A program made the translations under genes and the position numbers. Source: Gemmatimonadales bacterium (lineage in GTDB: Bacteria > Gemmatimonadota > Gemmatimonadetes > Gemmatimonadales > GWC2-71-9). From it: 64,000 nucleotides of DNA. Shown piece after piece: positions 26,547 to 36,117 of this stretch. The notes below the pieces were generated by a model that saw only the letters and a list, made by a program, of their open reading frames with translations, had not been told where the DNA came from and searched no databases. The stretch is taken from assembly GCA_036398175.1 (NCBI GenBank), contig DASWHL010000104.1, positions 5,281 to 69,280 of the forward strand, read 5' to 3'. Numbering within the stretch: the first letter of the stretch is position 1; each line of letters begins with the position of its first letter.

Positions 26547-27736
26547 GCGCGCCTCCGCGTGCGGCGGCCGGCCGATTCGGACCGTATGGGGGGCGCTACG
26601 TTCCGGAGACCCTGATGGCCGCGCTCGATGAGCTGGCGGCCACGTACGACGCGCTGGCCCGCGACGCCGGGTTCCAGGCGGAGCTGGACGCGATGCTCGG
26701 GGATTACGTGGGGCGGCCGACACCCCTCACGCCGGCCCCGCGATTCTCGGACGCCGCGGGCTGCCAGGTGCTGCTCAAGCGGGAGGACCTGGCGCACACG
26801 GGCGCCCACAAGATCAACAACACGGTGGGCCAGGTCCTGCTCGCCCGCCGCATGGGGAAGCGCCGCATCATCGCGGAGACCGGGGCGGGACAGCACGGCG
26901 TGGCCACGGCCACGGCGTGCGCCCGGTTCGGCCTGGAGTGCGTGGTGTACATGGGCGCCGAGGACATGGCGCGCCAGGCCTTGAACGTCTACCGTATGGA
27001 GTTGATGGGCGCGACCGTGGTGCGCGTGGATTCGGGAACGCGGACGCTCAAGGACGCGACCACCGCGGCGCTGCGGGACTGGGTCACCAACGTGGATCGG
27101 ACGCACTACGTGATTGGATCGGTGGTGGGGCCGGATCCGTTCCCCCGCATGGTGCGCGACTTCCAGGCCGTGATCGGACGGGAAGCGCGCGCGCAGGTGC
27201 TGGCGCACGCCGGCCGGCTGCCCGACGAGGTGGTGGCCTGCGTGGGCGGGGGTTCCAACGCGATCGGGATCTTCGCGGGGTTCCTGGAGGACGCCGGCGT
27301 GCGCCTGGTCGGGGTCGAGGCGGCGGGGGATGGCCTCGCGAGCGGGCGGCACGCGGCGTCGCTCACCGCCGGACGCCCCGGCGTACTGCATGGCAGCCTG
27401 AGCTACCTGCTCCAGGACGAGGACGGGCAGGTGCGGCCCGCTCACTCCATCTCGGCTGGTCTCGACTATCCGGGGGTGGGTCCCGAGCACGCCCACCTGA
27501 AGGATTCGGGCCGGGCCGTGTACGTTTCGGTCACCGATGCGCAGGCACTCGAAGGCTTCGCCACGCTGGCCCGTCTGGAGGGCATCGTTCCCGCGCTGGA
27601 AACGGCGCACGCGGTCGCGTGGATGCAGGAGGCGGCCACGGACCGCGCGGGGACCGAGCTGATCGTGCTCAACGTGAGCGGCCGGGGCGACAAGGACGTG
27701 GCGCACGTGGCCGGGCGCGCGGGAGGCGCCGCGTGA
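26528..27736 (+). CDS. trpB: Tryptophan synthase beta chain
   Basis: [19 protein letters not shown], the PLP-Lys motif [16 protein letters not shown], and GGGSNAIG. Confidence 0.95.
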   Translation: MGRHVVSAPPRAAAGRFGPYGGRYVPETLMAALDELAATYDALARDAGFQAELDAMLGDYVGRPTPLTPAPRFSDAAGCQVLLKREDLAHTGAHKINNTVGQVLLARRMGKRRIIAETGAGQHGVATATACARFGLECVVYMGAEDMARQALNVYRMELMGATVVRVDSGTRTLKDATTAALRDWVTNVDRTHYVIGSVVGPDPFPRMVRDFQAVIGREARAQVLAHAGRLPDEVVACVGGGSNAIGIFAGFLEDAGVRLVGVEAAGDGLASGRHAASLTAGRPGVLHGSLSYLLQDEDGQVRPAHSISAGLDYPGVGPEHAHLKDSGRAVYVSVTDAQALEGFATLARLEGIVPALETAHAVAWMQEAATDRAGTELIVLNVSGRGDKDVAHVAGRAGGAA

Positions 27737-29445
27737 CCGACCCGCGCGCGAGCGACGCCCAGGACAGCGGCCTCGAGGTCGAGACCGCCCCGGTCGTCGC
27801 GCTGCTCCAGGCCTTCCTCAAGGCGCTCCGCGCGGCCCAGCTCTACCTCCCGAACAACCCCGTCTACCAGACGGCCATGGAGAACGTCCGGCGGGCGTTT
27901 CCTCCCGTGTGGGAGCTGACGGACGTCCTCAGCCTGGCGGTGCAGGAGACCGATCTCAAGTGGGAAGGGAACGTGGTGCTGAGCCAGCCGCGCGCCGAGA
28001 GCCTGGCGTGGCTGCTGTTCAAGGATGGTGTCCGGTCCATCCGGATCGCCCAGGGAGGGGAAGACGATGAGCTGGTGCGGCTGCTCCAGAGCATCAACAA
28101 GGCCCGGAATCTCCCCCCGGAATCCGAGGACGACCTGCTCACCCTGCTGTGGGAGCAGGACTTCCAGTTCATCAAGTACGACTACATCGAACCGGCCCGC
28201 GACGACCAGCGGCCAATCACGGCGGTCGAGGAGGAGCGGGTCGAAGTCACCCGGGAAGCGATCGAAGAGGAAGCGGAGGCGGAGCCGGAGCCCGAGCCGG
28301 ATGCGCGCGTCTCCGCCATCGTCCGGCTCGAGGACTTCGATTCCACCCTCTACTTCCTCGACGAGCGGGACATCAGCTACCTGCGCACGGAGATTGACCG
28401 GGAGTACCAGCAGGACCTCCGGACGAACACGCTCGCGATTCTGTTCGACATCTTCGAGCTGCAGCCGTTCCCGGCCGTCCGGGCGGAGATCCTCTCGATC
28501 GTCGAGAACTTCATTCCGTACCTGCTGGGCACCGGGGACTTCCGCGTGGTGGCGCAGATCCTCCGGGAGCTGCGCGTGCTGGTGGACCGGGCCCGTGAGC
28601 TGCTGCCCGAGCACCGGACCACCCTCCAGGAGCTGCCGGCCCGGCTGTCGGACCCGGAGGCCATCGGCCAGCTGCTCCAGGCGCTCGACGAGTCCACGAC
28701 CCTGCCGCCCGAGCAGGAGCTGAGCGACCTGTTTCGCGAGCTGCGCGCGGAGGCGCTGGAGGCCATCCTCGACTGGATGCCGCGGATGCACGCCGATCCC
28801 GTCCGGGAAGTGCTGGGCACGGCGGTGCAGCGCATTGCGGCGGCTCATCCCGACGCGGTCGCGAAGGCGCTGGGCAGCGACAGCCCCGACGTGGTGCGGG
28901 CCACGGTGCGGCTGGCGGGCCGGCTGAAGCTGCCGCCCACGGTGCCGGCCCTGGGCGGGCTGCTCATCGGCGAGCAACCCGGCGACCTCAAGGTGGCGGT
29001 GGTCGAGGCGCTGGCGTCCATCGGGACGCCCACCGCCATGCAGCAGCTGGAGCGCGCGGTGGAGGACCCGGTCCGGGACGTGCGCGTGGCCGCAGTGCGG
29101 ATCCTCGGCGCGCGGCGCCACCGGGCGGCGCTGGCGCCGGTGGAGGGGGTCGTGCTGGGGCGTAACCTGCGGAACGCCGACCTGTCCGAGAAGACCGCGT
29201 TCTTCGAGGCGTTCGGGATGCTCGCGGGACCGGAGGGCGTCAAGCAGCTGGTGCCCCTGCTCCAGACGGGCGGGCTGTTCCGCAAGAAGACCGACCCCGA
29301 AATCCGGGCCTGCGCCGCCATGGCGCTCGGCAAGATCGGCACGCCCGAGGCCCGGGAGGCGCTCCAGACCGCGCTGCAGGACAAGGACCCGCTGGTCCGG
29401 AACGCGGCCGGGCGCGCGCTCGAGGGCGGGAAGGAGAGGCCATGA
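27733..29445 (+). CDS. HEAT-repeat protein with an uncharacterised N-terminal and middle region
   Basis: The in-frame GTG at 27733 overlaps the trpB stop (GTGA), giving 570 aa. The C-terminal ~200 aa carry HEAT/PBS-lyase-type repeats ([74 protein letters not shown]). There is an acidic linker [13 protein letters not shown]. Confidence 0.75.
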   Translation: MTDPRASDAQDSGLEVETAPVVALLQAFLKALRAAQLYLPNNPVYQTAMENVRRAFPPVWELTDVLSLAVQETDLKWEGNVVLSQPRAESLAWLLFKDGVRSIRIAQGGEDDELVRLLQSINKARNLPPESEDDLLTLLWEQDFQFIKYDYIEPARDDQRPITAVEEERVEVTREAIEEEAEAEPEPEPDARVSAIVRLEDFDSTLYFLDERDISYLRTEIDREYQQDLRTNTLAILFDIFELQPFPAVRAEILSIVENFIPYLLGTGDFRVVAQILRELRVLVDRARELLPEHRTTLQELPARLSDPEAIGQLLQALDESTTLPPEQELSDLFRELRAEALEAILDWMPRMHADPVREVLGTAVQRIAAAHPDAVAKALGSDSPDVVRATVRLAGRLKLPPTVPALGGLLIGEQPGDLKVAVVEALASIGTPTAMQQLERAVEDPVRDVRVAAVRILGARRHRAALAPVEGVVLGRNLRNADLSEKTAFFEAFGMLAGPEGVKQLVPLLQTGGLFRKKTDPEIRACAAMALGKIGTPEAREALQTALQDKDPLVRNAAGRALEGGKERP

Positions 29446-30920
29446 GCGAGCCCGAAGAGCGGCGTCCCCGTACGACCCTGGCCGATTCGCTGCGCTCCAC
29501 CGACGGGCGCGTGCGCCAGGGCGGGCGGCAGTTTCTGCTGAACCTGTATGCGGCCATGCGGAGCCTCAAGCTCTACCCGGTCGAGAACGAGCAGGTCCAG
29601 CGCGCGCTCGACGAGCTGCACCTGAGCGCCCGCGCGCTCCTCGACGTCGAGGACCAGCTCGAGGTGCGGATCAGCGGCGAGTTCATCTTCGTCAACTCCA
29701 CCCGTCTCCGCCTCAACCTGGACAACTACGCCACGTTCTCCCACGTGCTGGCCATGCTCCGCCAGAACGGCGTCGGGGTGGTGTCCGTGGACGAGAAGGT
29801 CGAGCGCCGCGAGTGGCAGGTGTTCGTGAGCCAGCTGCTCGCGGGCACCATGCGCGAGCCGTCGCCCAGCCGGCTCTCGGAGCTGTACCAGAAGATGCTC
29901 CAGGGTGGCGTGCACCACATCACCGTCGAGCCGATGAGCGAGGACGCGGACGATCTCGACGACGAGACGCGGGCCAAGGAGGTGGCCAAGCAGACCTACG
30001 AGCGCTCGGTGGCCGTGACCAAGGAAGTCGTGAGCAGCATCCGCATGGGCCGCAGCGCGAGCGTCAAGAAGGTGAAGCGCGCCGTCCAGAACATCGTGGA
30101 CCAGGTGCTGAGCAACGAGGTGTCCCTGGTCGGGCTCACGACGATCCGCGACTACGACGAGTACACGTTCACGCACTCGGTGAACGTCTGCATCTTCGCG
30201 GTGGCCATTGGCAAGCGGCTCGGCCTCAACCGACTGCAGCTGTACGACCTGGGCATCGCGGCGCTGTTCCACGACGTCGGCAAGAGCCGCGTGCCGCTCG
30301 ACGTGCTCCAGAAGGACGGGGCGCTCGACGAGGACGAGTGGCGCATCATGCAGTCGCATCCGTGGCTCGGGGTCCTGACGCTGTTCGGGCTGCGCGGCTA
30401 CGGCGAGATCCCCTACCGCGGCATGATCGTGGCCCACGAGCATCACATGAAGGTGGATCTCACGGGGTACCCCAAGGCGCTGCGCCCGCGCCAACTGTCC
30501 ATGTACTCGAAGATCGTGGCGGTCGCGGACGGCTTCGACGCCGCCACCACGCGCCGCGTATACCAGACGACCCCGCTGCAGCCCGACCAGGTCCTGCGGG
30601 AGATGTGGGAGAATCCGCGGCGGGGCCTCGATCCCGTCCTGGTCAAGGCGCTGATCAACCTGCTCGGGATCTATCCGGTTGGCACGTGCGTCGTGTTCGA
30701 CACGTACGAACTGGGGCTCGTTCACGCCGCCAACCCCGACGCGGATTTCATCCACCGGCCCATCGTGCGCGTCGTGCTGAACGAGAACGGCCAGAAGGTG
30801 GACCCGGCCCCGCTCGCCAACCTCGCCGAGACGACGGCCGATGGGAGCTTCCGCCGGTCCATCATCAAGGTCACGGATCCCGCCAAATGGGGCATTACGC
30901 CCGGATCCTACTTTGTCTGA
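29442..30920 (+). CDS. HD-GYP domain protein (putative cyclic-di-GMP phosphodiesterase)
   Basis: 492 aa. HSVNVCIFAVAIG...ALFHDVGK (HD)...SHPWLG...HEHHMKVDLTGYPK (GYP). Its ATG overlaps the stop of the HEAT gene (ATGA at 29442-29445). Confidence 0.85.
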   Translation: MSEPEERRPRTTLADSLRSTDGRVRQGGRQFLLNLYAAMRSLKLYPVENEQVQRALDELHLSARALLDVEDQLEVRISGEFIFVNSTRLRLNLDNYATFSHVLAMLRQNGVGVVSVDEKVERREWQVFVSQLLAGTMREPSPSRLSELYQKMLQGGVHHITVEPMSEDADDLDDETRAKEVAKQTYERSVAVTKEVVSSIRMGRSASVKKVKRAVQNIVDQVLSNEVSLVGLTTIRDYDEYTFTHSVNVCIFAVAIGKRLGLNRLQLYDLGIAALFHDVGKSRVPLDVLQKDGALDEDEWRIMQSHPWLGVLTLFGLRGYGEIPYRGMIVAHEHHMKVDLTGYPKALRPRQLSMYSKIVAVADGFDAATTRRVYQTTPLQPDQVLREMWENPRRGLDPVLVKALINLLGIYPVGTCVVFDTYELGLVHAANPDADFIHRPIVRVVLNENGQKVDPAPLANLAETTADGSFRRSIIKVTDPAKWGITPGSYFV

Positions 30921-31716
30921 GCGGGGGCCCGGCGGCATCGCGCGACGGTGGGAACGCCTGGCGGCCGAGGGCCGCACCGCGCTGATTCCGTATGTCACCG
31001 CGGGGTATCCGTCGCGCGCGGCCACGGTCGCCACCCTCCGCATGCTGGCGGCCGACGGGGCGGATCTCGTGGAGGTTGGGATCCCCTTCAGCGATCCCCT
31101 GGCCGACGGCCCCACGATCCAGCACGCGTCGTTCGAGGCCTTGCACCAGGGCATGACCGTGCGCGGCGTCCTCGACCTGGTACGGGAGGCCGACCTGGCC
31201 ATTCCCGTGATCGCGTTCTCCTACCTGAATCCCATCCTGCGGTTCGGCACGGAGCGGTTCCTGGCCGAGGCGCGCGCGGCGGGCGTCGGCGGCGTGCTGA
31301 TCACGGACCTGCCGGTGGGGGCGGACCCCCCCATCGAGGCGGCCCTCGGCGCCACTGGTCTGGACCGGATACCACTGATCGCGCCGACCACGACGGACGC
31401 CCGCCTGGCGGCCGCGGTGGCTGGGGGGAGCGGCTTCGTCTACCTCATCTCCCGGCTCGGCGTCACGGGCGCCCACACGGCGATCGGCACCGAGGTCGAG
31501 CGATTGGCCGCCCGTGTGCGCGCGCGCACGCGGCTTCCCCTGGCCGTGGGGTTCGGCATTGCCGGAGCGGCGCAGGCCACCGCGGTCGCGCGCTTCGCCG
31601 ACGGTATCGTGGTGGGCAGCGCGCTGGTCGAACGGATGGGGCAGGGCGGCGCCGCGGCGCGTGACCTGATTCTCGAGTTGCGCCAGGCGCTCGATGCGGC
31701 GGGCGTTCCGGGATGA
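30913..31716 (+). CDS. trpA: Tryptophan synthase alpha chain
   Basis: GRTALIPYVTAGYP, VEVGIPFSDPLADGPTIQ and GFVYLISRLGVTG. The TTG at 30913 gives an N-terminal length comparable to E. coli TrpA and overlaps the HD-GYP stop. The ATG at 30841 is the alternative start. Confidence 0.9.
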   Translation: MSERGPGGIARRWERLAAEGRTALIPYVTAGYPSRAATVATLRMLAADGADLVEVGIPFSDPLADGPTIQHASFEALHQGMTVRGVLDLVREADLAIPVIAFSYLNPILRFGTERFLAEARAAGVGGVLITDLPVGADPPIEAALGATGLDRIPLIAPTTTDARLAAAVAGGSGFVYLISRLGVTGAHTAIGTEVERLAARVRARTRLPLAVGFGIAGAAQATAVARFADGIVVGSALVERMGQGGAAARDLILELRQALDAAGVPG

Positions 31717-32105
31717 ACATGCCGCCGCCGCCGCGTGACAGCATCACCCTCAAGGGCATGCGGTTCCACACGCTGGTGGGCCTGCTCCCCCACGAGGAGC
31801 ACGTGCCGCAGCCACTCGAGCTGGATCTCACCGTCTGGCTGTCCCTGCGGTCGGTGGGCGAGACGGACTCCCCCCAGCAGCTGGTGGACTACCGCCATCT
31901 GTACGCGGCCGTGCACGACATCGTGGGCTCGAGTCCGCACCGGCTCCTGGAGGCCCTGTGCGAGAAGATCGCGGGCCGGGTGCTGGCCATTCCGGCGGTG
32001 GCGAGGGTGCGAGTCGCGGCGCGGAAGCCGCACGCGCCCATCCCCGGGCCGCTCGACTACGTGGAAGTGGTCCTCGACCGTGGAGCCGGCGATGGCGCCG
32101 CGTGA
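31713..32105 (+). CDS. folB: Dihydroneopterin aldolase
   Basis: 130 aa. ITLKGMRFHTLVGLLPHEEHVPQPLELDL...DYRHLY...VRVAARKPHAPI. ATGA overlap with the trpA stop. Confidence 0.88.
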   Translation: MNMPPPPRDSITLKGMRFHTLVGLLPHEEHVPQPLELDLTVWLSLRSVGETDSPQQLVDYRHLYAAVHDIVGSSPHRLLEALCEKIAGRVLAIPAVARVRVAARKPHAPIPGPLDYVEVVLDRGAGDGAA

Positions 32106-32511
32106 CTGGGCCTTCGTGGCGCTCGGCTCGAATCTCGGCGACCGGGACCGCTACCTCGCCGAGGCCCGGGCCGCGCTCGCGGCACTGCCGGACACCGACC
32201 TCGTGGCCGCGTCGCGCATCGAGGAGACGGCTCCGCTTGGACCCGCGGCGCAGGGGCCGTACCTGAATCAGATGGTGCTGCTGCGCACGGGCCTCTGCCC
32301 CCGCGCCCTGCTCGAGGCGTGCCTCGCGATCGAGCGGGCGGCCGGCCGCGAGCGCCGGGAACGCTGGGGCCCGCGCACCCTCGATCTCGACCTCGTTCGC
32401 GTGGGCGGCCGCACGGTGGACGAGCCCGACCTTCGCCTCCCTCACCCCGAACTCCCGCGGCGCGCGTTCTGGCAGCGGGAGCTGGTGGAGCTGTCGCCCC
32501 ATGCCCGATAA
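32092..32511 (+). CDS. folK: 2-amino-4-hydroxy-6-hydroxymethyldihydropteridine diphosphokinase
   Basis: The internal ATG gives MAPRDWAFVALGSNLGDR...NQMVLLRT...ERWGPRTLDLDL...LPHPELPRRAFW. Confidence 0.88.
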   Translation: MAPRDWAFVALGSNLGDRDRYLAEARAALAALPDTDLVAASRIEETAPLGPAAQGPYLNQMVLLRTGLCPRALLEACLAIERAAGRERRERWGPRTLDLDLVRVGGRTVDEPDLRLPHPELPRRAFWQRELVELSPHAR

Positions 32512-33310
32512 CCAGGTCACGACGCTGGGCCTCCTGGCCATGAAACGCGATGGCCGGAAGATCGTCGCCCTCACCGCCTACGACGCCCTCTTCGCCGGGC
32601 TGGTGGACGAGGCGGGGACCGACGTGATCCTGGTGGGCGACTCGGTGAATACCGTGCTCTGCGGGCAACCGACCACCCTGTCCGCCACGCTCGAGCAGAT
32701 GATCTACCACGGTCGCATCGTCCGGGCCGGCGTCCGGCGCGCGCTGCTCGTGATTGACATGCCGTTCCTCAGCTATCAGGTGTCGGTGGAGGACGCGAGG
32801 CGGAACGCGGGCCGCGTGATGCAGGTGACGGGCGCCAACGCGGTCAAGCTCGAAGGGGGCGCGTGGCTCGCCGACACGGTTCACGCGCTCGTGCAGATCG
32901 GGATCCCGGTCATGGCGCACCTGGGCTTCACGCCGCAATCCGTGCACGCCCTGGGCGGGCCGCGCGTGCAGGGCCGGGGAAGCGACGCCGCGGACCGGCT
33001 GGAAGCGGACGCGCGCGCGCTCGAGGAGGCCGGCGCCTTTGCGCTGGTGCTGGAACTGGTCCCGAGCCCGGTGGCGGAACGGGTCACGGCCGCCCTGCGC
33101 ATCCCGACGATCGGGATCGGATCCGGGCCGGGGTGTGATGGCCAGGTGCTGGTCCTGCACGACATGCTGGGGTTGAACGAGGCGTTCAAGGCGAAGTTCC
33201 TCAAGCGCTACGCGACGCTGGCCGACGACGTGCGGGGCGCGGCGCGCGCGTTCGGCGAGGACGTCCGGGCGGGGCGATACCCCGACCGCGATCACAGCTT
33301 CTCGGCGTGA
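32501..33310 (+). CDS. panB: 3-methyl-2-oxobutanoate hydroxymethyltransferase
   Basis: IVALTAYDALFAGLVDEAGTDVILVGDS, VKLEGG, MAHLGFTPQS and IPTIGIGSG. Confidence 0.95.
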   Translation: MPDNQVTTLGLLAMKRDGRKIVALTAYDALFAGLVDEAGTDVILVGDSVNTVLCGQPTTLSATLEQMIYHGRIVRAGVRRALLVIDMPFLSYQVSVEDARRNAGRVMQVTGANAVKLEGGAWLADTVHALVQIGIPVMAHLGFTPQSVHALGGPRVQGRGSDAADRLEADARALEEAGAFALVLELVPSPVAERVTAALRIPTIGIGSGPGCDGQVLVLHDMLGLNEAFKAKFLKRYATLADDVRGAARAFGEDVRAGRYPDRDHSFSA

Positions 33311-34179
33311 TCGAGCTCTCCGCCCCGGGCGAGATGCGCGCGTGGAGCCGGGCCCGGCGCGCCGCGGGCGCGCGCGTCGGGTTCGTGGCCACCATGGGGT
33401 ATCTCCACGACGGCCACCTGCAGCTGGTGGACCGCGCCCGCGCCGTGACCGACGCGATCGTGATGAGCATCTTCGTGAACCCGCTCCAATTTGCCGCAAA
33501 CGAGGATCTGGACCGCTACCCGCGCGACCCGGCCCGCGACCGGACGCTGGCGGCGGGCCGCGGCGTGGATTGCCTGTTCCTGCCCGCCGCGGGCGACATG
33601 TACGCGCCTGGGGCCGCGATCCGGGTCACGCCCGGCGCGCTGGCCGACCACCTGTGCGGGCCGCGCCGCCCCGGCCATTTCGCCGGCGTGCTGACGGTGG
33701 TGGCCAAGCTGTTCCACATCGTGGAGCCCGACGTCGCGGTGTTCGGGCGGAAGGACGTGCAGCAGGCGCGGGTGATCGCGCGCATGGTGCAGGATCTCGA
33801 TTTTCCGGTGGAGATCGTGGTAGCGCCCACGGCGCGCGAGGCGGACGGGCTCGCGCGCAGTTCCCGTAATACGTACCTCACGCCGGCGGAGCGGCGGCGG
33901 GCCGCGGCCATCCCGGCCGGGCTCGCGGACGCGCACGCGCGATTCGCGGCGGGGGAACGCAACGCCGCCGCGCTGACCGGCCGCCTGCACGACGCCCTCG
34001 CCGCGGCGGGGCTCGGGGTCGAGTACGTCGAGCTGGTGGATCCCGACCGTCTCCAGCCCGTGGAAACGGCAAGCGCCGCCGCCGTGCTGGCCCTGGCGGT
34101 CCGCGCCGGACAAACGCGCCTGATTGACAACATCGTGCTGGGAGACGGCCTTGGCGCGGATCGCATCGCCCAAGCGTAG
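33307..34179 (+). CDS. panC: Pantoate--beta-alanine ligase
   Basis: GFVATMGYLHDGHLQLV, MSIFVNPLQF, RPGHFAGVLTVVAKLF and FGRKDVQQ. Confidence 0.95.
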   Translation: MIELSAPGEMRAWSRARRAAGARVGFVATMGYLHDGHLQLVDRARAVTDAIVMSIFVNPLQFAANEDLDRYPRDPARDRTLAAGRGVDCLFLPAAGDMYAPGAAIRVTPGALADHLCGPRRPGHFAGVLTVVAKLFHIVEPDVAVFGRKDVQQARVIARMVQDLDFPVEIVVAPTAREADGLARSSRNTYLTPAERRRAAAIPAGLADAHARFAAGERNAAALTGRLHDALAAAGLGVEYVELVDPDRLQPVETASAAAVLALAVRAGQTRLIDNIVLGDGLGADRIAQA

Positions 34180-34711
34180 CCTGGGGGACCTGCCGTCCTG
34201 GGCGGTCGTGACGGAACCACGACGCAAGCACATCGAGCGCGTGGCCCGGCTCCTGGCCGAGTGGGCCGAGGCGATGGAGGTGGGCGCCCGTGAGCGGCGA
34301 CGCTGGTTGCGGGCGGCCTGGATGCACGACGCGCTGAAGGACGCGCCCCGGGACATGGTCCGCGCGCTGGCGGCGCCGTTCGACGGCCCGGCCACCCTGT
34401 GGCACGGCCCGGCCGCCGCGCGCCGCGCGGAACGCGACGGCGAGCGCGATCAGGGCGTGCTCGACGCCGTGCGGTACCACTCGATCGGCTTCGCGGGCTG
34501 GGACCGCGTGGGCCGGATGCTCTACCTGGCCGATTTCCTCGAGACCGGGCGCCGCCACCGCGATTCCGGGCGTGCCGCCCAGGCGGACCGTGTCCCCGAC
34601 GATCCCGACGGCGTGCTGCGCGAGGTGGCGCGCGACCGGATCGCGCACGGCATCAGGAAGGGGTGGCCGCTCCTTCCGGAGACGGTGGCGTTCTGGAACG
34701 CGCTCGCATAG
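34124..34711 (+). CDS. HD-domain phosphohydrolase (YqeK-like)
   Basis: RRKHIERVARLLAEWA...AAWMHDALKD...LWHGPAAA...AVRYHSIGFAG...LYLADFLETGRRH matches the HD/YqeK pattern. The start is uncertain (TTG 34124, CTG 34181 or GTG 34208). Confidence 0.65.
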   Translation: MTTSCWETALARIASPKRSLGDLPSWAVVTEPRRKHIERVARLLAEWAEAMEVGARERRRWLRAAWMHDALKDAPRDMVRALAAPFDGPATLWHGPAAARRAERDGERDQGVLDAVRYHSIGFAGWDRVGRMLYLADFLETGRRHRDSGRAAQADRVPDDPDGVLREVARDRIAHGIRKGWPLLPETVAFWNALA

Positions 34712-35118
34712 CCCGGTTCCGGGCCGGGGCGGCCATCGCGGCCGCGGGCGCCGTCCTGGTGCTGGCCGGGGTCCTGACGCGCCGCGGTGCCCCGGGTGCC
34801 GGGAACGACGTCGTGCCGGGCGAGCGCATTCCCTACCTGGTCGAGGTGCTCAACGGCACGACCGCGGACGGGCTGGCCCGGACGGTCACTCGCCAGCTGC
34901 AGCGCGCCGGCATTGACGTGGTCTTCTATGGGACGAACGAGGAGCGCGCGGACTCCACCCTGATCATCGTGCGGGGCGCCGAGCCGGAGGCGGGCCGCGT
35001 GGTGCGGGATGCCCTAGGCGTCGGCCGGGTCGTGGTCAGGCCCGATGCGAACCTGCTGCTCGACGTCACGGTCCTGCTCGGGGACGACGCGGTCGGCGTC
35101 GTGGACCGCGGTCCGTAG
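34663..35118 (+). CDS. LytR_C (LytR cell-envelope-related C-terminal) domain protein
   Basis: One TM helix (AAIAAAGAVLVLAGVL), then VEVLNGTTADGLARTVTRQLQRAGIDVVFYGTN...STLIIVRG, typical of LytR_C. The start is uncertain; I chose the GTG at 34663. Confidence 0.6.
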   Translation: MAAPSGDGGVLERARIARFRAGAAIAAAGAVLVLAGVLTRRGAPGAGNDVVPGERIPYLVEVLNGTTADGLARTVTRQLQRAGIDVVFYGTNEERADSTLIIVRGAEPEAGRVVRDALGVGRVVVRPDANLLLDVTVLLGDDAVGVVDRGP

Positions 35119-36117
35119 CTGCCCGCACGCCGCGGCGATGTCGAGTCCGCGGCTCCGCCGCACCGTCACGTTGACGCCGGCCGCACGCAGGGCGTCGGCG
35201 AACGCCGCGAGGGCCGTCGGCGCGGTGGGCACGAGCCCGCCTGCGCCCCCCGGGTGCAACGGGAGGAGGTTCACGTGGGCCCGCAGATCGTGGGCGAGCC
35301 GGGCCAGCTCGCGGGCATCGTCGGGCCGGTCGTTGAAGCCGGCGATCATCACGTACTCGAACGTCACCCGCCGGGGGAACGCCCGCAGCGCCTCGACGAC
35401 CCGGGGAATGGGGTACTTCCGCTCCACCGGCATCAGCTCGCGCCGCCGGTCGCTGAACGGACTGTGCAGCGACCACGCGACCCCGAACTGCTCGGGGCGC
35501 CGCGCCAGGGCTTCGAGGCCGGGCACGAGACCCACGGTGCTCACGGTGACCTGACGAGCGCCGATGCCAAGCGCGCGCGGGTCGTTCAGCAGGCTCAGGG
35601 CGATATCCACGGCGTCCCAGTTGTGCAGGGGCTCGCCCATTCCCATGAACACGACGTTGGTGGGCCGGCCGACCCCGGGGTCGCGCACCAGCTCGCGGAC
35701 CTGGGCGGCGATTTCCCAGGGCGCCAGATGCCGGCCGAACCCCATGCGGCCCGTGGCGCAGAACGCGCAGTCGAACGCGCATCCCGCCTGCGACGAGATG
35801 CACAGCGTGCGCCGGCGCCGCTCCGGGATGAGCACCGACTCCACCAGCGCGCCGTCGCCGAAGCGCCAGAGAAACTTGAGGGTGCCGTCGCGGGAGTGCT
35901 GGCTGGTGACCCGGACGGGTCGCGGCAGCGGCGCGGTGTCCTCGAGCGCGGCGCCCACGCGTCGCGGGAGGTCGGTGGCGTCCGTCCAGGACGCGACGGG
36001 CCGCTGCCAGAGGTAGGGCAGGATCTGACGGGCCCGGTACGCGGGCTCGCCGCGCTCCGCGACCCAGTCCGTCACCGCGCGGTCGGCGTCGGCGGGTGGC
36101 AGATCGAGCCAGGTCAC
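35014..36117 (-). CDS. rlmN: 23S rRNA (adenine2503-C2)-methyltransferase, radical SAM
   Basis: The GTG at 36117 gives VTWLDLPP...YRARQILPYLW. Radical-SAM motif SSQAGCAFDCAFCATG and C-terminal AAACGQL are present. GTGA overlap with the upstream gene stop. Confidence 0.92.
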   Translation of the reverse strand: MTWLDLPPADADRAVTDWVAERGEPAYRARQILPYLWQRPVASWTDATDLPRRVGAALEDTAPLPRPVRVTSQHSRDGTLKFLWRFGDGALVESVLIPERRRRTLCISSQAGCAFDCAFCATGRMGFGRHLAPWEIAAQVRELVRDPGVGRPTNVVFMGMGEPLHNWDAVDIALSLLNDPRALGIGARQVTVSTVGLVPGLEALARRPEQFGVAWSLHSPFSDRRRELMPVERKYPIPRVVEALRAFPRRVTFEYVMIAGFNDRPDDARELARLAHDLRAHVNLLPLHPGGAGGLVPTAPTALAAFADALRAAGVNVTVRRSRGLDIAAACGQLRTAVHDADRVVPEQDRDVEQQVRIGPDHDPADA

